A stretch of 64,000 nt of DNA from Bacillales bacterium UBA784 (GCA_002297045.1 DBJE01000001.1:46168-110167), one strand, 5' to 3'. Shown: positions 37,783 through 46,752, counted from the first letter of the stretch. A program made the numbers and translations. Notes: generated from the letters alone by a model not told the origin.

Positions 37783-38456
37783 CGAAGGAAAGCGAAACCA
37801 TTCGCCAAGAACTTGAAAACGATATTGTCACCAGGAAGTACCTTCCCGGCTGCAAGCTTGGTGAAATCGAGATTGCCAACCAGTACCACCTCTCCCGTAC
37901 CCCAATCCGGGATATCTTCAAGGCCCTTGAACACGATGGCCTGCTTGAAGTGAGAAGCCAGTCCGGTTCCTTTGTTACGAAGATTAACCTCCAGGAAAGG
38001 AATGACAGGAGGTTCGTCCGCTCGGCGATTGAGTTTAAGATTCTCTGCAGGGTCAGGGGAAAGCTGAATGAGGGTGACTTTCTCTTTAGGGAGGAGAAGC
38101 TCGCCCAAAGGAAGAAAAGGGCCGAGGAAGGGAAAGACCAGTGCACCCTCGAATTTGCCAACCGCTTCTTCGATTTGGACAACTCCTTCCACGCCTATCT
38201 TTATGGCAAGGCAAAGAAAAGAAGTGTCCTCGACTGGCTGAACAACACGCATCCCACTTTTCTTCGTTATCGTTTTCTCACCTTCCTGCGGGACAATCCG
38301 GCGCTTGAATGCTTCTACGAGAACCATATGGCCATCTACGAGGTTAGGAAGAGCAAAGACCTTTCTCAGCTCAATGCCGTCGTCGAAAAACACAACTATT
38401 CCGGAAGGAACGGACTTGACAAAGTCAAAAAAGAACATCCGGAACTCTTCGCCTAA
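37779..38456 (+). CDS. GntR-family transcriptional regulator (FadR/FCD subfamily)
   Basis: N-terminal winged HTH (KLGEIEIANQYHLSRTPIRDIFKALEHDGLLEVRSQSGSFV) and an alpha-helical FCD-like C-terminus. Confidence 0.85.
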   Translation: MTKESETIRQELENDIVTRKYLPGCKLGEIEIANQYHLSRTPIRDIFKALEHDGLLEVRSQSGSFVTKINLQERNDRRFVRSAIEFKILCRVRGKLNEGDFLFREEKLAQRKKRAEEGKDQCTLEFANRFFDLDNSFHAYLYGKAKKRSVLDWLNNTHPTFLRYRFLTFLRDNPALECFYENHMAIYEVRKSKDLSQLNAVVEKHNYSGRNGLDKVKKEHPELFA

Positions 38457-38471
38457 GGAAAGGAGACAGAA

Positions 38472-39308
38472 ATGAAACTGACGACAAGAGATTATTCATC
38501 GAAAGAAGACTTTCGCCACTACGATACGGAAAGACTGCGCAAGGAGTATTTGGTCGAAAAGGTATTCGGCCTCGATGAGGTTTATCTGACCTATTCCTAT
38601 ATCGACCGGATTGTCTTTGGAGGAGTCATCCCCGTAGAAAAAAGAGTGTCTCTCTCCTCTGCACCGGAACTGAGAGCCGAACATTTCTTAGACCGGCGCG
38701 AAAGGGGAATCATTAATATAGGAGGGGAAGGAGTGGTTTCCCTTGACGGAGCAGACTACTCCCTTAAGCATTATGATGCCCTTTATGTCCCAAGAGGCAT
38801 CAAAAATGTCCTCTTTGCTTCCAAAGACAAGGAAAACCCGGCCAAGTTCTATCTCGCCTCTGCCCCGGCCCATGTAAGCTATCCAATCGCCTATATTCCT
38901 CTTGAAAAGGCCGATCACCGGCATCTTGGAAAAAGGGAGGAGAGCAATGTCCGGACGATCAACCGGTTCATCATTCCCGAAAAGGTCAAGACCTGTCAGC
39001 TCTCGATGGGCCTAACCCATCTTGAGGATGGGTCGGTATGGAACACCATGCCCTGCCACACCCATGATCGGAGAAGGGAAGTCTATCTTTATTTCGATAT
39101 CGATCCAAAGGAAGCCGTCTTCCATTTTAGGGGCCCAAAGGAGGAGACACGACATCTTCTCGTCCATAACGAGCAGGCCGTTATCTCGCCTTCTTGGTCG
39201 ATTCATGCAGGCTGCGGAACCAAGGCTTATACCTTCATCTGGGCAAGGTGCGGGGAAAACCAGGATTTCGATGACAGGGACAACATTGCAACAAACGAAC
39301 TCAAATAA
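38472..39308 (+). CDS. kduI: 5-dehydro-4-deoxy-D-glucuronate isomerase
   Basis: Bicupin of 278 aa. YSSKEDFRHYDTERLRKEYLVEKVFGLDEVYLTYSYIDR is typical of KduI. Confidence 0.85.
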   Translation: MKLTTRDYSSKEDFRHYDTERLRKEYLVEKVFGLDEVYLTYSYIDRIVFGGVIPVEKRVSLSSAPELRAEHFLDRRERGIINIGGEGVVSLDGADYSLKHYDALYVPRGIKNVLFASKDKENPAKFYLASAPAHVSYPIAYIPLEKADHRHLGKREESNVRTINRFIIPEKVKTCQLSMGLTHLEDGSVWNTMPCHTHDRRREVYLYFDIDPKEAVFHFRGPKEETRHLLVHNEQAVISPSWSIHAGCGTKAYTFIWARCGENQDFDDRDNIATNELK

Positions 39309-39330
39309 GCTAAGCTTATACTAAACAAAA

Positions 39331-39356
39331 AGCGGGCACGATGCCCGCTCTTTTTA
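39331..39356. terminator. Bidirectional rho-independent terminator between kduI (+) and the DUF368 gene (-)
   Basis: AAAAAGCGGGC-acgat-GCCCGCTCTTTTT: the hairpin is flanked by an A-run and a T-run. Confidence 0.8.
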
Positions 39357-40316
39357 TTCCTTATTTTCTACTTTGGTGGGCTCTTCTTTTTTCTTGGCCA
39401 ACTTGAGGACAAGGAAGAGGGTGGCTGCTGCCCCAAGGAAGAAAAGAACAATGCCAAGGACTATGTCATAGGTCTTCCTTGTCGGATATTTAGGATAGAT
39501 GGAAGAATTGATGAACCTAGAGACCAAAGAGCCGAGGATCAGGCCTAGGATAGCATAGAAGGTACTTACCCGGTGTCTGCTCAGCCTTACCTTCCTGAAC
39601 TTGGAAGAGGCAACGAGGCCGAAAAGCGCACCGATAATCAGGATAACGAGGAGAAGGATTCCCGTCAGGACAAAGGTTCTGTCCGAGGAATGGAGGATGG
39701 AGGAATCACCGATCACGGTATTGATGATTGGGTAGTACCTTCCCATCACCCTTAATGACCTAGATCCGGATATGCCGGGGATGACGCAGGTTCCGGCTGC
39801 GATAAAGCCGGAAACGAAGACGAGGAGATACCTCCAATAGACTCTTTCCGTCCTATATTTGGCTAAGTCGACCTTGGTCAGTGCCGTAATGATGCCAAGC
39901 CCTGCCGTCAGGAGAAGGCAGAGAAGGAAGGAAAGAAGATGGATGGCTTTTTCCTTCCCTGTCCGTCCCTTTTTCAGTTCGCTCAGGGCGACAGGAAGGG
40001 AACCAAGGACAAAGCCGCCGAATAGGCCGGTAATCGTGAAAGGTGCCGCATCGTATCCGTATTTGATTCCAAACACGGCAAGGATGGCACCGAGAATTCC
40101 GCCAAGAAGGAAGGGAAGGAGGGTAAAAAGGGAAGTCTTGAAATGCTTTCTCCTGTCGGCCAAGGAATCAACTAGGGTGTCATAGCATTTTTCGGCGACG
40201 GCTATCGTCCCGGCGCTAAGTCCTGCCACGGCAGCGGAGATGCCTAAAGTCACGCCTTCTAGGGTATGAAGAAGAAAGGTCTTTCCTTTCTTTTCTTTCT
40301 GTGTATTCTGTTCCAT
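39354..40316 (-). CDS. DUF368-family polytopic membrane protein
   Basis: 320 aa, about 8 TM spans, with the PGISGSRS motif resembling the DUF368 G-x-SRSG signature. Confidence 0.5.
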   Translation of the reverse strand: MEQNTQKEKKGKTFLLHTLEGVTLGISAAVAGLSAGTIAVAEKCYDTLVDSLADRRKHFKTSLFTLLPFLLGGILGAILAVFGIKYGYDAAPFTITGLFGGFVLGSLPVALSELKKGRTGKEKAIHLLSFLLCLLLTAGLGIITALTKVDLAKYRTERVYWRYLLVFVSGFIAAGTCVIPGISGSRSLRVMGRYYPIINTVIGDSSILHSSDRTFVLTGILLLVILIIGALFGLVASSKFRKVRLSRHRVSTFYAILGLILGSLVSRFINSSIYPKYPTRKTYDIVLGIVLFFLGAAATLFLVLKLAKKKEEPTKVENKE

Positions 40317-40439
40317 GTCGTTTTTCTCTTTTCTTTGCAGTACACTCTATCATAAGCAAAAACAGGAAAAAGGCAAATTCCTTTTTCCCTGTCTTAAAGG
40401 ATGATAGAATAAAACAGCTTTCAGAAAAGGAGAAAAATA

Positions 40440-40808
40440 ATGGTTATTGCATTACCTTATGATAAGGAGACAAAGGAGATTTACCCTGCCACTGGTAGCT
40501 GTGAATGGGTTTATCTTGCGACTATTGACGAAAAGACAAAGAAGGTTGTCAAGGAAGAGGTTGTCCCTACTTTAGGGAACACCCATCGTAGGCTTCCTTC
40601 CTATCTGGCAAAGAAGGACGTATCCGTCTTTCTTTGCTCCCATATCGGAGGCCCATTACTTTCGTTAAGGAAGGAAGAAAACAGGAAGGTCTACCTTACC
40701 AATACCAGGGACGTCTTCCAGAGCATTTCCCTGTTCTTATCCGGTAACCTCATCGAGGCTACCCCTTCCTTAGGTCAGGGCTGTGGCTGCGGCTGCGGAC
40801 ATTGCTAA
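40440..40808 (+). CDS. NifX/NifB-type (dinitrogenase FeMo-cofactor domain) small protein with Cys-rich C-terminus
   Basis: 122 aa with an MVIALPYDKE...CSHIGG pattern. The C-terminal GCGCGCGHC is seen directly. Confidence 0.55.
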   Translation: MVIALPYDKETKEIYPATGSCEWVYLATIDEKTKKVVKEEVVPTLGNTHRRLPSYLAKKDVSVFLCSHIGGPLLSLRKEENRKVYLTNTRDVFQSISLFLSGNLIEATPSLGQGCGCGCGHC

Positions 40809-40896
40809 AGCAGTTTCTTGTTCTTTATCTTTCCGTTTGACTGCCGGACAGAAATTAAGTTTTCTGTCTTTTTTCCTTTTCCTATGGAAAGAAGGG

Positions 40897-40925
40897 TTGA
40901 CAGAAATCCTGTCCTTCTGTAAAGT
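40897..40925 (+). promoter_or_regulatory. Sigma-70-like promoter of the serpin-like lipoprotein gene
   Basis: TTGACA-N17-TAAAGT, then RBS AAAGGAG and ATG at 40952. Confidence 0.55.
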
Positions 40926-40951
40926 AAAAACAGAAAGGAGAAAATGGCAAA

Positions 40952-42187
40952 ATGAAGAAAAAGATGATTCTTCTCTCCCTGTCAGCTATCCTTCTTTCCG
41001 GATGCAAAGGAAATCCTACTCTTCCTTCTGGCGATATATCCGATGGTTTCGCTAAGTTAGGCATTGTCACTGACAAGTCATTGAAGAAGGAAAGGAATCC
41101 GGACAAGCCGAAAAAGTACAGGGAGAGCGCAAGGCAGTCCCTAGAGGACGTCTCTGCCCTTTGGAAGGAAAATAAGGCAAATCATGTCTTCTCTCCTGCA
41201 AGTTACCTTATCGCTGTAAGCTCCCTTTTAGCCGTCTCCTCCTCCGTCGATGCCTATGAGGATGCTCTGAAAATAGAGAATCCGAAACAGGAAAGGCTTG
41301 ACCTTCTCTCCTCCCTGAACGGAGAGGAGAGTACCGATTATATTTTCGGTGGGCCTGCCACCAGGATCAAAAGTGCTGCCTTTTATCAGCAGATCGGAAC
41401 AAAATATGCCTTCGATAGGGAGAAACGGGAAAAGCTTGCCGGCGAATATGTCGACTCCGGTGTTACCGACCTATCAGGTTATCGGGAGCAGGCACAGGAG
41501 TATTTCGGGAAGAAAATCGGTCTGGAAAGGAAAATCCCGGAGCTAAATCCGTCAAAGGAGTCCGTCATTATCTATGGCGGACTAAAGAGGAACGACTACG
41601 CCAGCCTAGGCAAGAGGAAAAAGGACTTTACGGGAATAGACGGAAAAAAGAAGCAGGTCGACGCTGTCCCTGTGGGTAATAAGCTTGGCAGCAAGTCTTA
41701 CCCTTATAGGAAAGGAAAGAACTTCCAGAGGATGTCTTTTCCTATCCGGAAGACCGACCTTGTCGTCATCCTTCCCGATGAGGGAACCGATATCACGGGT
41801 ATTGATCTATCAAAGGCCTATCAGGACTTTCTTTCTTCCTCCAAATCCACGCCTCTTTATGGCTACATCCCCTTCTTCTCTTTAGACGACACCCTTAATC
41901 TGACCGAAATCTTTGATAAAGTCTCTTCCGATAAGGCAAAGTTCTGCACTGAGCTACTGAAAGACGACGTCATCAACGACCTTCTTATCCGGCAGGTCAT
42001 CCAGGCCTCGACCTTCTCTTTCTCCGACAAGGGAGTGAAGGGGGAAAGCAGGACAAGGAGGCAACTGGCAGGCGCTGCCGCTCCTAAGGAGCAGCCCTAC
42101 ACCCTCTTTGAGGTCGACCGTCCCTTCTATGCCTTCTCCACCTATTCCACTTTCCCTCTCTTTGTCAATTGCCTTGTCGAACTATAG
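40952..42187 (+). CDS. Serpin-like (serine protease inhibitor fold) lipoprotein
   Basis: Lipobox MKKKMILLSLSAILLSGC. VFSPASYLIAVSSLLAVSSS resembles the serpin helix-B consensus. The C-terminus ...SDKGVKGE...AGAAAP...LFEVDRPFYAF resembles the serpin hinge and the F-x-adrPFlf motif. Confidence 0.5.
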   Translation: MKKKMILLSLSAILLSGCKGNPTLPSGDISDGFAKLGIVTDKSLKKERNPDKPKKYRESARQSLEDVSALWKENKANHVFSPASYLIAVSSLLAVSSSVDAYEDALKIENPKQERLDLLSSLNGEESTDYIFGGPATRIKSAAFYQQIGTKYAFDREKREKLAGEYVDSGVTDLSGYREQAQEYFGKKIGLERKIPELNPSKESVIIYGGLKRNDYASLGKRKKDFTGIDGKKKQVDAVPVGNKLGSKSYPYRKGKNFQRMSFPIRKTDLVVILPDEGTDITGIDLSKAYQDFLSSSKSTPLYGYIPFFSLDDTLNLTEIFDKVSSDKAKFCTELLKDDVINDLLIRQVIQASTFSFSDKGVKGESRTRRQLAGAAAPKEQPYTLFEVDRPFYAFSTYSTFPLFVNCLVEL

Positions 42188-42204
42188 GAAAAAAGAGAAA
42201 CAGA

Positions 42205-42238
42205 AATAGGAGGCAGCCGCCTCCTATTTCCTTTTCTT
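42205..42238. terminator. Bidirectional terminator between the serpin-like gene (+) and the NUDIX gene (-)
   Basis: AATAGGAGGC-agcc-GCCTCCTATT with T-rich flanks. Confidence 0.75.
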
Positions 42239-42622
42239 CAGTTTTGCTACCACAAGGGCGTCTGCAGGGCAGAAGTCTTCTTCCTTTAATTGACTGATTG
42301 GCTGAAAGGCTTCCGCTAGATGGATTCCTTCCTTCCTTTTCAGTCTTCCTTCTAGGATGTGACAGAGATAACAGTTCCTATCAAGAAAGAAGTCGCCATA
42401 GTCATATTTCACGTTCGTGAAGAAGGGACCTATGGATAAAGTGGTATCGAGTTCTTCCCTTATTTCCCGCTTTAGGGCCTTATCATCATCCTCTCCCTTT
42501 TCTACCTTTCCGCCTGGAAACTCCCACTTCCCTTTTAAGAATCCGTAGGCCCGTTCCGCAATAAAGACATCCCCGTCTTCATTCTGGATAATGGCGGCAA
42601 CGACCTTAATCGTCTTTTTCAT
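42224..42622 (-). CDS. NUDIX hydrolase (MutT/NudG-like)
   Basis: Nudix box GKWEFPGGKVEKGEDDDKALKREIREELD. 132 aa. Its start overlaps the last 17 nt of the upstream helicase gene. Confidence 0.8.
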   Translation of the reverse strand: MKKTIKVVAAIIQNEDGDVFIAERAYGFLKGKWEFPGGKVEKGEDDDKALKREIREELDTTLSIGPFFTNVKYDYGDFFLDRNCYLCHILEGRLKRKEGIHLAEAFQPISQLKEEDFCPADALVVAKLKKRK

Positions 42623-45434
42623 CTTTGATTTCCTCTATTCCTAGTTCATACTCCCTGTCTTTCTCTACCTTGTGGTCAAGGACAAGGTCGAAAAGAAGGC
42701 ATTTCCCGATGTTGTCCGAGACCCGCGGGTTTGTCAAGGAGGCAAGTCCAAGATAGAGATAAGGCCTATCCCTGCCATCCTGTTTCTTAATCTTCCGGAC
42801 GAGGACATGAATCTTCTTCCCGCTCCTTAATTCCTTCCCCGCCTTGTTTTCCCTTGTCGTATTGGGCCTTGACTCCCATTGGATGACTCTGTCGGAAAGG
42901 AACTTATCCTTGTACTTCAGCCGTTCCTCCTTCTGTGAGTCCTTATTGAGGTTGATGGTGATGACTTTCCCGTTTGGGGTATTGAAGACCCCGGTCATAA
43001 TGAAAAGCTGTGATGAGTTCAAAGCGGAAGCGAAAGAGACGACGGAATAGTGGTAAAAAGGTTTCACAAGTCCCTTTTCCTGATAGAATTCCTCTTCGTA
43101 TCTTGTTAGTCCGTAGTGCAAAAGGTCCTCGATCCATCTGCGGAACTCCGGATGGCTAAGGGAAAAGGTGAGACTGTAGCTTCCTTCTTCTTCCTTCACT
43201 AGTTTTACATGGGACCCTTTCCGGGTAAAGAAATATCTGTCCCTTAGCCTATTCAAGGCGTGATGGAAGGATTCTTTACGGAAATGGCTGGAAGAGGATA
43301 AGGACAGCCTTAATTGCCCAAGTGTCTTTTTCCCGTCAAGAAGCTGCTTTAGGATCAAAAACTCCCTGTCCCGGACTAAGGGAAGATACTCGGAAACCGA
43401 ATCGATGACCTTTCTCTCCCTCTCGTCAAAGAAAGGAAGGTCTTCCCCGCCCTTGACCTTGACCAGGAAGTCATAATAGCTTTCAAAGGATTTTTTATGC
43501 CTGAAGCGGAGCAGGTCGGCATCGACTTCGTGGTTGAGGAAATCGCTTGGCATAGGGTATTCGCTTTGGGGGAGCTTAAGATAGGAGCGGAAGTTAAGAT
43601 AGTCCTGTCTGATGATGGCAAGACTGTTGAGGTTTGTCTTCTCAATGGAGTCAAGGATCTCTTTCTGTGATTCTTCGTCAAAGTGAATCTCAAGCCCCGG
43701 AATATCGAGGGACTGATAGGAGGAGAGGACTTCGTTCCGCCTTGTCAGTTTGTCACTGTATCCTTGCCTGGAAAGTGAGCCAAGGGCCAAGGCAATCTGC
43801 ACACTCCGCTTATAGGAATTGGCGATGAAGTCAAGGACGGTCAGATACTCCTTGCCGGAGTACTTCCGCAGTCCACGTCCAAGCTGCTGGATGAAAATCG
43901 TCGGAGACTGTGTCGGTCTGAGGAAGAGAACCCTGTTCCTCGAGGGAACGTCAATGCCTTCATTGAGGATGTCAACGGAAAAGACAAGATTCAGCGGATT
44001 ACTCTCATCCTGCAGGTCGCTAAGGATCTTAATCCGCTCCCCCGTGGAATTCTCCGATGTAAGATAGGCAGTATGAAAGCCTACCATTTCCCTGTTCCTG
44101 GCCCTTAGCCGGGCATGTTCTTTATTCCGGCAGAAGCCAACACAACGAAGCTTACAACCTTTAGGTTGATATTTAAGGATGTTCTCTTTGATGAAAAGGC
44201 AGTTCTCCGGAGAAGAAACCTGTCTGATGATTTCTCTTATTCCCTCCTGGCTGTCATCGTTAGCATAGTTAATCAGGCTGTCTTTGATTCCGTAGTAATG
44301 GAAAGGAACGACTAAGCCGTTCCTCAGGGCATCCCGGAGTCTTAAGTCATAAGGGACATTGTTCCCAAAGAGGGAATAGACGTCCTGTCCGTCCCTGCGC
44401 TCAGGCGTTGCCGTTAGGCCGAGAAGGAACTGCGGTTTAAAGTAGTTGATGATTTTCTGGTAGGTGGATGCGCTGGCGTGATGGACTTCGTCTATGACGA
44501 TATAGTCGAATTCGTCCTTGGCAAAGAGGGAGAGATGGTCTGCCCTTATTTGGTTTGTGGCAAAGAGGAAATCGGCATCGAGTTCCTTATATTCCCCAGT
44601 GTACCTTCCGTAGGTGCGGCTATTCTGAAAGACATTCTTGAAAGTCTTCCTCGCATCCTTGAGGATGATGTCCTTATGGACGATGAAAAGAAGTCTTTTG
44701 CTGTCCCTGTTCAAGGCATCAAAGGCGGCAAGGTAGGTTTTGCCTGCCCCTGTCGCGGCTACGACTAAGGCACGGTTCACTCCCCTGTCCCGGTAGCGCT
44801 GGATTTCCTTTAAGGCGGAAATCTGCCTTAGGTTCGGGCGGATTGTTTTCCTTCCTTCCGGATCAAAAAAGTCCCTGTCCCATCGGCTTATGGCATAAGG
44901 AAGATAGGACTGGTACTTTTTGATGATGTCCTTAGTCAAGGGATAGGTTCTTTTGTAGAGAGACTCGAATTCCTTTATCACCTGCCGGTAGAAGTCTTCG
45001 GTGTCATCCGTTTTCACCGCCACATCCCACTCTTTGTTCTTTAACAGGGCAAAGAAGGTGATGTTGCTTGAACCGATCAGGACTTCCTTATGGTCTTTGA
45101 AGGCGAAGAGATATCCTTTTGTGTGGAAACCGTTGTCACCAAAACAATGGTAGTCAAGATGGCAGGAAAAGCTTTCCGGGTATTTCTCCTGCAGGGAATA
45201 GAATCTCTCCAAAGAAGGTATGTCCGTGAAATTCTGATAGGTGGTGGTGATGATTCTTCCTTTTGCCCCTCTCTGAAGGGCTTTCTCCCTAGAATCAAAC
45301 CTAAGATCCAGTCCCGCCTTTTTGATGAAGGAAACCGAAAAATCGAAAGAGATACACGAGGAAAGGTTCTCAATCCTTTTATCCAGGAACCGAGTAGGAC
45401 TTTCGTTTGAAAAGAAGGACTTGCTGTTTTCCAT
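42606..45434 (-). CDS. PLD-family nuclease domain + SF2 (ResIII/DExH) helicase + C-terminal DUF3427 multidomain protein
   Basis: PLD HKD-like segment GFHTKGYLFAFKDHKEVLIGSSN. Helicase motif I VVAATGAGKTY and motif II DEVHH. C-terminal ~250 aa match the DUF3427 pattern (...WESRPNTT...KIHVLVRK...YLYLG). Start preferred at the ATG at 45434, preceded by a TTTGAT-N17-TATACT promoter. The ORF track extends to a GTG at 45482. Confidence 0.75.
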   Translation of the reverse strand: MENSKSFFSNESPTRFLDKRIENLSSCISFDFSVSFIKKAGLDLRFDSREKALQRGAKGRIITTTYQNFTDIPSLERFYSLQEKYPESFSCHLDYHCFGDNGFHTKGYLFAFKDHKEVLIGSSNITFFALLKNKEWDVAVKTDDTEDFYRQVIKEFESLYKRTYPLTKDIIKKYQSYLPYAISRWDRDFFDPEGRKTIRPNLRQISALKEIQRYRDRGVNRALVVAATGAGKTYLAAFDALNRDSKRLLFIVHKDIILKDARKTFKNVFQNSRTYGRYTGEYKELDADFLFATNQIRADHLSLFAKDEFDYIVIDEVHHASASTYQKIINYFKPQFLLGLTATPERRDGQDVYSLFGNNVPYDLRLRDALRNGLVVPFHYYGIKDSLINYANDDSQEGIREIIRQVSSPENCLFIKENILKYQPKGCKLRCVGFCRNKEHARLRARNREMVGFHTAYLTSENSTGERIKILSDLQDESNPLNLVFSVDILNEGIDVPSRNRVLFLRPTQSPTIFIQQLGRGLRKYSGKEYLTVLDFIANSYKRSVQIALALGSLSRQGYSDKLTRRNEVLSSYQSLDIPGLEIHFDEESQKEILDSIEKTNLNSLAIIRQDYLNFRSYLKLPQSEYPMPSDFLNHEVDADLLRFRHKKSFESYYDFLVKVKGGEDLPFFDERERKVIDSVSEYLPLVRDREFLILKQLLDGKKTLGQLRLSLSSSSHFRKESFHHALNRLRDRYFFTRKGSHVKLVKEEEGSYSLTFSLSHPEFRRWIEDLLHYGLTRYEEEFYQEKGLVKPFYHYSVVSFASALNSSQLFIMTGVFNTPNGKVITINLNKDSQKEERLKYKDKFLSDRVIQWESRPNTTRENKAGKELRSGKKIHVLVRKIKKQDGRDRPYLYLGLASLTNPRVSDNIGKCLLFDLVLDHKVEKDREYELGIEEIKDEKDD

Positions 45435-45445
45435 TTCCGGGAAAC

Positions 45446-45474
45446 AGTATAGCAGATCAACTTCCCTGATCAAA
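45446..45474 (-). promoter_or_regulatory. Putative sigma-70 promoter for the PLD-helicase-DUF3427/NUDIX operon
   Basis: Minus-strand TTTGAT-N17-TATACT lies 7-8 nt upstream of the transcript region containing the ATG at 45434. It sits immediately downstream of the panE-like terminator. Confidence 0.4.
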
Positions 45475-45490
45475 GAAGGCACTGCCTGGT

Positions 45491-45517
45491 AAAAAAAGCA
45501 GGAGGTTTGCCTCCTGC
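45491..45517 (-). terminator. Rho-independent terminator of the panE-like gene
   Basis: Minus strand GCAGGAGG-caaa-CCTCCTGC followed by T7. Confidence 0.8.
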
Positions 45518-45532
45518 CTGTCAGGGACTTTC

Positions 45533-46546
45533 TTACTTCAGGGATTCAAACTCCTTGACGTTGTCAAAGGAAGGCTTTTTCTTCCCTTCCTCTATCTCGT
45601 GGACGACTTGGACCACCCTTTCATTATAGGGAGTTTTCACCCCTGCCTTTTTGCCATAGAGAACGACAGATCCGTTGATGCTGCCGACTTCCGTTTTCTT
45701 CCCCTTCTCTAAGTCCTGCAGCCTGCTTGCCTTAAGGGCGGCATGCTTCTTGATACAGAGCGGAATCAGCCTAAAGGAAAGCTTTCGTTTGATGGCATTA
45801 TGGTAGTCAAGGAGCTTAACGACATCCTTTCCCTGGATCGGCTCAATCTTGATTTTGTTTGCCTTAGCCACGTCGATGCATTCCTTGATGATTCTTTGAA
45901 TGCAGAGACGGGAATCCTTTCTCTTACTCGCTTCTCCGAAGGTTGCGCCCGTCACTGCCGACCTTCCCGAAAAGGCGGCATTGATCAATAGCTTAGAGAA
46001 TCTCCTTCCGATGAAGTTCTTTTCCAAAACGACAGGACACCTTTTTTCAAGGATTCCCTTTGCCCGGATCAGGCGTTCATCCTCTTCTCCGTTTAGGCGT
46101 CCTAAGGAGAAGGACATGCTGTTTACCTCGCTGGTAAGTTCGGAGACTCCGTTTCCTTTCAGCGTGGCACCCCAGGCCACTGCACATCCCCTTGTTCTTT
46201 TCTCTCCGACAATCGAGGAGATAAGAACTTCCGGGAGTCCGTTCTGCCTTGTACAGATATCCCCGTCCTTAGACAGATGGTCCTTAAGGAAAGTGACCAC
46301 GTTTTGGTTGTCTAATTGTTTCGTCCTTAAAAAGATCAAGTCGTATTCGCCCTGCCTCTCCTCTGGGTAGTAGGCCTTCACTTTGGCGGTGAAATCTGCT
46401 TTTCCGACAATGTGGGCTCCGTTTGCTCTTAGTCCTTCCACATGGTTCTTATTATGGGAAAAGAGATCGACATCCACCCCTGCCTTGCTTAGATAGGCAC
46501 CTAAGACCGTTCCAAGGGATCCGGCTCCGTAAATAGCGATTCTCAT
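45533..46546 (-). CDS. 2-dehydropantoate 2-reductase (ApbA/PanE) family oxidoreductase
   Basis: MRIAIYGAGSLGTVLGAYLSKAG Rossmann N-terminus plus the ApbA_C-like C-terminal domain. 337 aa. Confidence 0.75.
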   Translation of the reverse strand: MRIAIYGAGSLGTVLGAYLSKAGVDVDLFSHNKNHVEGLRANGAHIVGKADFTAKVKAYYPEERQGEYDLIFLRTKQLDNQNVVTFLKDHLSKDGDICTRQNGLPEVLISSIVGEKRTRGCAVAWGATLKGNGVSELTSEVNSMSFSLGRLNGEEDERLIRAKGILEKRCPVVLEKNFIGRRFSKLLINAAFSGRSAVTGATFGEASKRKDSRLCIQRIIKECIDVAKANKIKIEPIQGKDVVKLLDYHNAIKRKLSFRLIPLCIKKHAALKASRLQDLEKGKKTEVGSINGSVVLYGKKAGVKTPYNERVVQVVHEIEEGKKKPSFDNVKEFESLK

Positions 46547-46752
46547 TGTTTCTGTTTCTCCTTTCAGACAGGAACAATGTTACTACAGGCGAAAAGGAAA
46601 ATAAAATAGGTTCATTGCAGGACAAAGCTGCCTGTCAACTATATTCAAACTGCAAGGAGAGAGGAAAATCCGTGCATCGCTTTATCCTTCTCTTAGAACG
46701 CTTCTGCAAAATACACATGCGGTGCAAAGAAGAATAAACTATAATAGGATGT

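Noticed and set aside
42606-45482. GTG at 45482 as the helicase start
   Set aside because: There is no RBS. The rho-independent terminator of the upstream gene ends only ~10 nt away, so any promoter would be inside the ORF. The ATG at 45434 with the TTTGAT-N17-TATACT promoter fits better. The 16 extra residues lie outside the PLD domain either way.
46546-46737. 63-aa ORF upstream of the UvrD-like gene
   Set aside because: It has no RBS, lies in the promoter region, and has low-complexity content. It is probably non-coding.
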